Below, piece after piece: positions 6,868-11,429 of a stretch of 11,429 bases of DNA. Under the pieces are notes generated by a model. It had not been told where the DNA came from, did not search any database, and saw only the letters and a list, made by a program, of their open reading frames with translations. Position 1 is the stretch's first letter. Every line of letters starts with the position of its first letter. Position numbers and translations under genes: made by a program. Source of the stretch: Fibrobacteria bacterium (GTDB lineage: Bacteria > Fibrobacterota > Fibrobacteria > UBA11236); contig JBGTHM010000094.1 of the NCBI GenBank assembly GCA_041746255.1, positions 1 to 11,429 on the forward strand, written 5' to 3'.

Positions 6868-8772
6868 ATGTCCGTTGAACCCCAGGAAGCCGAATTCAAT
6901 TTGAAAATCGACACCTCGAAGATGTCGAAGGCGAAGGCGGATGCCATGATGGTCGCCGAGTCTTCGCGCGAAGCCAAATGGGAGAACCCGAGTTTCGCGG
7001 GCGGCCTGTTCATGGGAAAATTCCAACCCGAACTCATCGTCCCTTACCCGGAGCAGAGCGCAGAGGATAAAGCCATCGGCGATAAAATAATCAAGGAGGT
7101 GTCGGCCTTCTTGAAGGCCAATCTGGACGCCGACGAAGCGGATAGAACACGGGAAATTCCCCAGAAGGTCATGGACGAGTTTACCCGCATGAAATTGTGG
7201 GCCATGAAAATACCCAAGGAATATAATGGCCTGGGCCTCAGCCAGGTCAATTACAACCGCATCGTGGGTTGCGTGGCCTCTTATTGCGGCTCCACCGCGG
7301 TATGGCTTTCCGCCCACCAAAGCATCGGAGTGCCGCAGCCCCTGAAAATGTTCGGCACTCCGGAACAAAAAAAGAAATACCTGCCCCGTTTCGCCGAGGG
7401 CGCGATTTCCGCATTCGCGCTTACAGAACCGGACGTGGGATCCGACCCCGCCAAGATGGCCACCACAGCCACCCCAACCGAAGACGGAAACCATTATATC
7501 ATCAACGGGCGCAAACTCTGGTGCACCAACGGCCCTAAAGCCGATATCCTGGTGGTGATGGCCCGCACGCCCTCGATCAATCGCAAGGGTCGTGAAATCA
7601 CGCAAATAACCGCCTTCATCGTGGAAAAGGGGACGCCGGGTCTCGAGGTGGAACATCGTTGCGACTTCATGGGAATCCGCGCCATTCAAAACGGTTTGAT
7701 GAAATTCACCAACGTAAAAGTGCCTAAGGAAAACATCATTCTCGGTCCGGGTAAGGGATTGAAACTGGCTTTGACCACGCTCAACACCGGTCGTCTCACT
7801 CTTCCCGCAGCAGCGGTGGGCATGGCCCGCCAGTGCCTGACCATCGTCCGAAATTGGAGCAACGAACGCGTGCAATGGGGTCTGCCCATCGGCAAGCACG
7901 AGGCCATCTCCAACAAAATCGCCTATATCGCCAGCACCACTTTCGCCATGGAAGGCGTAACCTGGCTGACCTCGGCCATGGCCGACAAAGGCGGAACCGA
8001 TATCCGCATCGAGGCCGCCATGGCCAAAATGTTCTGTTCCGAGGCGGCGTGGAAAATCATGGACGAAACCGTGCAAATCCGAGGCGGCCGGGGATATGAA
8101 ACCGCCGAGTCTTTGAAGGGACGCGGTGAAGCGCCGATTCCCGCGGAAAGAATGTTGCGCGACTGCCGCATCAACCGTATTATCGAAGGTACTACCGAAA
8201 TCATGCACCTGTTCCTGGCTCGCGAGGCTCTTGATCCGCATATGCAAGTGGCCGCGGAAATCATGCTGAAGCATTTACCCCTCGGCCAAAGATTGAAAGC
8301 GGGTTTGCGCACGGCGAATTTCTACAGCCGCTGGTATCCCGCGCAATGGTTGAACGGAAGTCTATTTTCGACTTATAGCGAATTCCATCCCAAGTTGTCG
8401 CGGCATATGGGCTATGTGGAACGCACCTCGCACCAACTGGCGCGCAGCATCTTCCATTCCATGGGCATGTATCAGAACACGTTGGAGCGAAGGCAAATGC
8501 TGCTCTCCCGCTTCGTAGATATCGGCACGGAACTTTTCGCCATGGCGGCCGCCTGTGCCCGCGCAAAAATGCTGCTGGACCGCAATCCCGAGGTGCTCGA
8601 ACCCATGCACCTCGCCAATTATTTTTGCAAAGACGCCCGTCGTCGCATCGAGAATCTATTCCTGGCCGTTTCGGATAATGACGACCGTCAGGGCAATAAA
8701 ATCGCCAAGGCGGTCATGAACGGCGATTACAGATGGATGGAAACCGATATCATCCCTTGTTTGGATACCTGA
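6868..8772 (+). CDS. Acyl-CoA dehydrogenase, long FadE10/VLCAD/ACAD9-like form (634 aa)
   Basis: SAHQSIG, AFALTEPDVGSD, INGRKLWCTNG, RVQWGLPIGKHEAI, VQIRGGRGYE, catalytic RIIEGTTEI and a C-terminal helical extension. N-terminal AESSRE..W..PSF..LF.G.F resembles mycobacterial FadE10 (from memory). Strong SD TAAGGAG (6855-6861) supports ATG 6868 rather than 6769. Confidence 0.93.
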   Translation: MSVEPQEAEFNLKIDTSKMSKAKADAMMVAESSREAKWENPSFAGGLFMGKFQPELIVPYPEQSAEDKAIGDKIIKEVSAFLKANLDADEADRTREIPQKVMDEFTRMKLWAMKIPKEYNGLGLSQVNYNRIVGCVASYCGSTAVWLSAHQSIGVPQPLKMFGTPEQKKKYLPRFAEGAISAFALTEPDVGSDPAKMATTATPTEDGNHYIINGRKLWCTNGPKADILVVMARTPSINRKGREITQITAFIVEKGTPGLEVEHRCDFMGIRAIQNGLMKFTNVKVPKENIILGPGKGLKLALTTLNTGRLTLPAAAVGMARQCLTIVRNWSNERVQWGLPIGKHEAISNKIAYIASTTFAMEGVTWLTSAMADKGGTDIRIEAAMAKMFCSEAAWKIMDETVQIRGGRGYETAESLKGRGEAPIPAERMLRDCRINRIIEGTTEIMHLFLAREALDPHMQVAAEIMLKHLPLGQRLKAGLRTANFYSRWYPAQWLNGSLFSTYSEFHPKLSRHMGYVERTSHQLARSIFHSMGMYQNTLERRQMLLSRFVDIGTELFAMAAACARAKMLLDRNPEVLEPMHLANYFCKDARRRIENLFLAVSDNDDRQGNKIAKAVMNGDYRWMETDIIPCLDT

Positions 8773-8780
8773 ACCGGATT

Positions 8781-10337
8781 TCAAAATTTGGAGTGGAAAT
8801 GCCGGTGACGCTCTAAAGAAACCCCTCCCCGTGTCTCATGAGGAGGGAATGGTTCCGGCCGCTTGGCTAAAGGTGAAAGCGAGTCCGCCGCACTTAAACC
8901 CGGAGCGAAACGCCCGTGTTTGCGGAGATTGGTAAAGGTCTGAGATAGACTATCCCTGGAAAAGGCCCCGGGGAGTCCAAATAGCGATTCCAGGAAACCT
9001 TCCGAGGGCACGGTCGCTAAATTGGAAACCGCTTGGATGAATTCGTGACGATGAAAAAGCGAACCGTGCCGCCGATGCAATAGTCGCACCAAATCGAATA
9101 CCGAGTGCACCCCTCCGCTGTTTTCGAAGATATGCCGATCCAATATCATGGAAGCCTGTGCCCCTTTGTTATAAACCAATCCCAACATGCCGAAAGAATC
9201 AGGCTGAAACTTGAATCCGGAATCCAGCGGGAGGAAAAGTCCTTCCCGAATCCGCTCCGACCTCAACGGTACGGACTGAACGGCCGGAACTTCAGAAAGA
9301 TCCATCAGCATTCTCGCGGCGAATTCGGTATCGGAGATCAATCCCGTCTGAGCCCCCAGCAGCAAGGCTAGATAAGAGGTCAATCCCTCTTTGAACCAAG
9401 GCTCTCCCCTATCGCCCGTAAGCACACCTACGAAAGTATGGATAAACTCATGCAAATGCACTTCGGCATTTAGCCTGATTTCACTTTGGATCCAATAACC
9501 CTGTGTTCCTTCAATTCCCGTAAATACCGAATTGGTTCCTACATAATAAGGCCCTTCCGGAAGGGGTAATAATGAATCTTCCACTATCCCCAGGCACTGG
9601 GCGACCAGGGGTTCCATCAGTTCTAACCCATTTTCCGAAGTCGTTTCATACAAACTCACCTTCCTCCCCCGATGACTGAAGACTATCTCCCGTAAAGGAT
9701 TGAAAGCGCCACGCACGAACATCAATTCATAATTGTTGTGCAGCGCGGAGTGGCGGGCATGTCCGACAAAACCGCGTGGGCCGCCGCCATCGAGGATAAG
9801 GCCGATGGAAACCGGCAAGCGCCATCGTAAAGCGGGGTCGGATGACAAATACGGTAAGGCGAAAAAATAGCCTCCATCAAAGAGGCTCACCTGGTTCGGG
9901 GAGTCGGGGATCGGCAGCGCGCATCCCCGCTGATCGGAGCGAGCATGTTGGACCGTATATTCAATCCGTACCGTACTTTCCGGAAATAGCCAAAGGTTAT
10001 CCGTCGCCTCCGCATCAGGTGCGGCTCCTATGAGCGGAAGTCTCTTCCCTATCGCATCATAGGCCTGAACCGATTCAGGAGCAACTCCAATTAAGGGCAT
10101 CCTAGGATTGTCGGCGTAATAAACGGGAAACAAAAAAGCGCGTGGGATATCGCGGGGCCATCGAAGAATTCGGATGGAAATACTGCACGCCTTTCCCTCC
10201 TCAGCCGCTTCTTTCACGGCATAATCCAGTCGAGGCGAAAGGGAATCGGTATTGTCGGTAGTTATCGGCGTAACGGTTTCACGGAAACAACTGGATAGGC
10301 AAACGCCAAATACCGCAAGGTAAAAGAATTTAAACAA
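8781..10337 (-). CDS. Putative lipoprotein zinc metallopeptidase (gluzincin, M61/M1-like), ~518 aa
   Basis: HEFIH zinc motif, third ligand in PWFKEGLTSY 16 aa later, downstream VYNKGA, upstream GIE in place of GGLEH/GxMEN. A TTG start at 10337 (GGGA 5 nt upstream) gives MFKFFYLAVFGVCLSS|C, a signal peptide II with lipobox LSSC, and overlaps the TSUP stop by 8 nt. Confidence 0.75.
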   Translation of the reverse strand: MFKFFYLAVFGVCLSSCFRETVTPITTDNTDSLSPRLDYAVKEAAEEGKACSISIRILRWPRDIPRAFLFPVYYADNPRMPLIGVAPESVQAYDAIGKRLPLIGAAPDAEATDNLWLFPESTVRIEYTVQHARSDQRGCALPIPDSPNQVSLFDGGYFFALPYLSSDPALRWRLPVSIGLILDGGGPRGFVGHARHSALHNNYELMFVRGAFNPLREIVFSHRGRKVSLYETTSENGLELMEPLVAQCLGIVEDSLLPLPEGPYYVGTNSVFTGIEGTQGYWIQSEIRLNAEVHLHEFIHTFVGVLTGDRGEPWFKEGLTSYLALLLGAQTGLISDTEFAARMLMDLSEVPAVQSVPLRSERIREGLFLPLDSGFKFQPDSFGMLGLVYNKGAQASMILDRHIFENSGGVHSVFDLVRLLHRRHGSLFHRHEFIQAVSNLATVPSEGFLESLFGLPGAFSRDSLSQTFTNLRKHGRFAPGLSAADSLSPLAKRPEPFPPHETRGGVSLERHRHFHSKF

Positions 10338-11100
10338 AAGTGTCCCAAACCAGCTTGACCGAAACGACAACCCCCATAAAGACAAGAAATCGTCTGATCC
10401 AGATTTCTCCTTTTTGGATTTGCCATCTCACTCCCCAAAATCCTCCCAAAACATTTCCCAGCGCCAGTGCGAATGCCATGGGCCAGTGGATTTTCTCAAA
10501 CCCCGTGAAAACCAGTATGGAGACAGCGGTAAACAGCACGGTACACGCCACCTTGAGGCCGTTTATACGTAAAAGATTCATGGAACTGAAGAAGCGGAAA
10601 AGAAAAATCATGAGGAATCCGGAGCCCACCTGTAAAAAACCTCCGTAGAGACCCAGGAGGAAATAACTTAACATGCTCATCGGGGATGCTTTCAGCTCGG
10701 CTGCTTCGGACTCGGACTGCGGAGTGAACGACATACCGAAAAAGGTTGCCGCCACCACGGTCAGCACCACCACCGCGAGCAGCATATTGAAGGCGCGATC
10801 CGGAATTGCCACCGCGCCCCAAGCTCCCAGCAAAGCACCCAACCCCACCGGTATCGCCAGCCTTCGGAGCGAAAGTGTTGGGACCAAACCCGCGCGAGAC
10901 ATGGAGTAGGTGGCGGAGAGGGAGCCTGCCAGGATGCCCAGACGGTTGGTCCCGTTAGCCATGGCACTGGGAAGTCCGAGGAATATGAGTAGGGGTAGAC
11001 TCAAAACGGAACCGCCGCCGGCGATGGCATTTATAAAGGAAACCAGTAGTCCGATACCGAACAGAACCGGATAATGCCACCATTCGAAAACGAAATTCAT
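10330..11100 (-). CDS. TauE/SafE family (TSUP) membrane transporter
   Basis: 256 aa with about 8 hydrophobic helices. Family motifs NAIAGGGSVLSLPLL...ANGTN and LGLYGGFLQVGSG...NGLK in two repeated halves. Confidence 0.92.
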   Translation of the reverse strand: MNFVFEWWHYPVLFGIGLLVSFINAIAGGGSVLSLPLLIFLGLPSAMANGTNRLGILAGSLSATYSMSRAGLVPTLSLRRLAIPVGLGALLGAWGAVAIPDRAFNMLLAVVVLTVVAATFFGMSFTPQSESEAAELKASPMSMLSYFLLGLYGGFLQVGSGFLMIFLFRFFSSMNLLRINGLKVACTVLFTAVSILVFTGFEKIHWPMAFALALGNVLGGFWGVRWQIQKGEIWIRRFLVFMGVVVSVKLVWDTFV

Positions 11101-11122
11101 TCCGGCAGGGGTCGTCGTAAAA

Positions 11123-11429
11123 CTAGGGTGATACGCGCGAATCGGGAGAAAAATGGGAATACAGCATGGGTGGATTCAACCTTCCGGATGAATAGAGACG
11201 ACCGAGCGTATGCCTGAGCTCGTCGATGGCCGTCAAGGCGCGGATTTGCCCTTCTTCACCCGGTTCCAGTCGTAGAATGAGGTTGTGCATGGCCATCAAG
11301 TCGACTTTTTCTGGAGCCTTGCCCGGCACAAAACCATCGCCTGCACGGGTCACCCTCCGGGTAAGAATATCCAGATCGACCAATGCGGCGAGACAGGAGT
11401 CCAGGTAACTTTCGGGCATATCCAACCGC
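11123..11429 (-). CDS. 3' end of a protein with a C-terminal Rrf2-like winged-helix domain (probably YihY/BrkB-Rrf2 fusion); 5'-truncated
   Basis: The frame is open to the window edge (R-L-D-M-P-E-S-Y-L...). MPESYLDSCLAALVDLDIL...GDGFVPGKAPEKVDL parallels the Rrf2 pattern IPxxYLxxILxxLxxxGLV...GGYxLAxxPxxIxL. No Fe-S Cys triad follows the wing. Confidence 0.55.
   Translation of the reverse strand, partial: RLDMPESYLDSCLAALVDLDILTRRVTRAGDGFVPGKAPEKVDLMAMHNLILRLEPGEEGQIRALTAIDELRHTLGRLYSSGRLNPPMLYSHFSPDSRVSP

Noticed and set aside
6835..8274. 479-aa antisense ORF (also the shadow ORFs at 2376-3065, 3794-4366, 5339-6010 and 417-896)
   Set aside because: Each overlaps a well-supported gene almost entirely, has no recognisable motifs, and is expected from GC-rich codon bias.
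11123..11429. Rrf2-like fragment as the IscR/SufR regulator of the suf operon or of the 5021 palindrome
   Set aside because: No Fe-S Cys ligands after the wing, a degenerate wing motif more like YihY-fused domains, and the N-terminus lies outside the window.

Overview
Chromosomal bacterial region with no mobile-element signatures. On the + strand are a SUF Fe-S assembly operon (5'-truncated sufB, then sufC, sufD, sufS, sufU), a stand-alone 432-aa tubulin/FtsZ-superfamily GTPase, a 64-aa two-helix membrane protein and a long (FadE10/VLCAD-like) acyl-CoA dehydrogenase. On the - strand, converging on these, are the 3' end of a gene ending in an Rrf2-like winged helix (probably a YihY/BrkB fusion), a TauE/SafE (TSUP) transporter and a lipoprotein gluzincin (M61/M1-like) peptidase. 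The most interesting element is the tubulin-like gene (5090..6388). It is not a canonical FtsZ: it has a GQCG T1 loop, a GGGTGSN T4 loop, an FDxxD T7 loop and a TubZ-like C-terminal helix and tail. It lacks the tubR/tubC or dcw neighbours expected for TubZ or FtsZ, is preceded by a correctly spaced sigma54-like motif and a palindrome, and is followed by a small membrane protein. Also notable are a marked GC3 drop inside sufB (possible mosaic or assembly chimera) and a 29-bp operator-like inverted repeat upstream of the acyl-CoA dehydrogenase. All family calls come from motif recognition only; no database searches were run.
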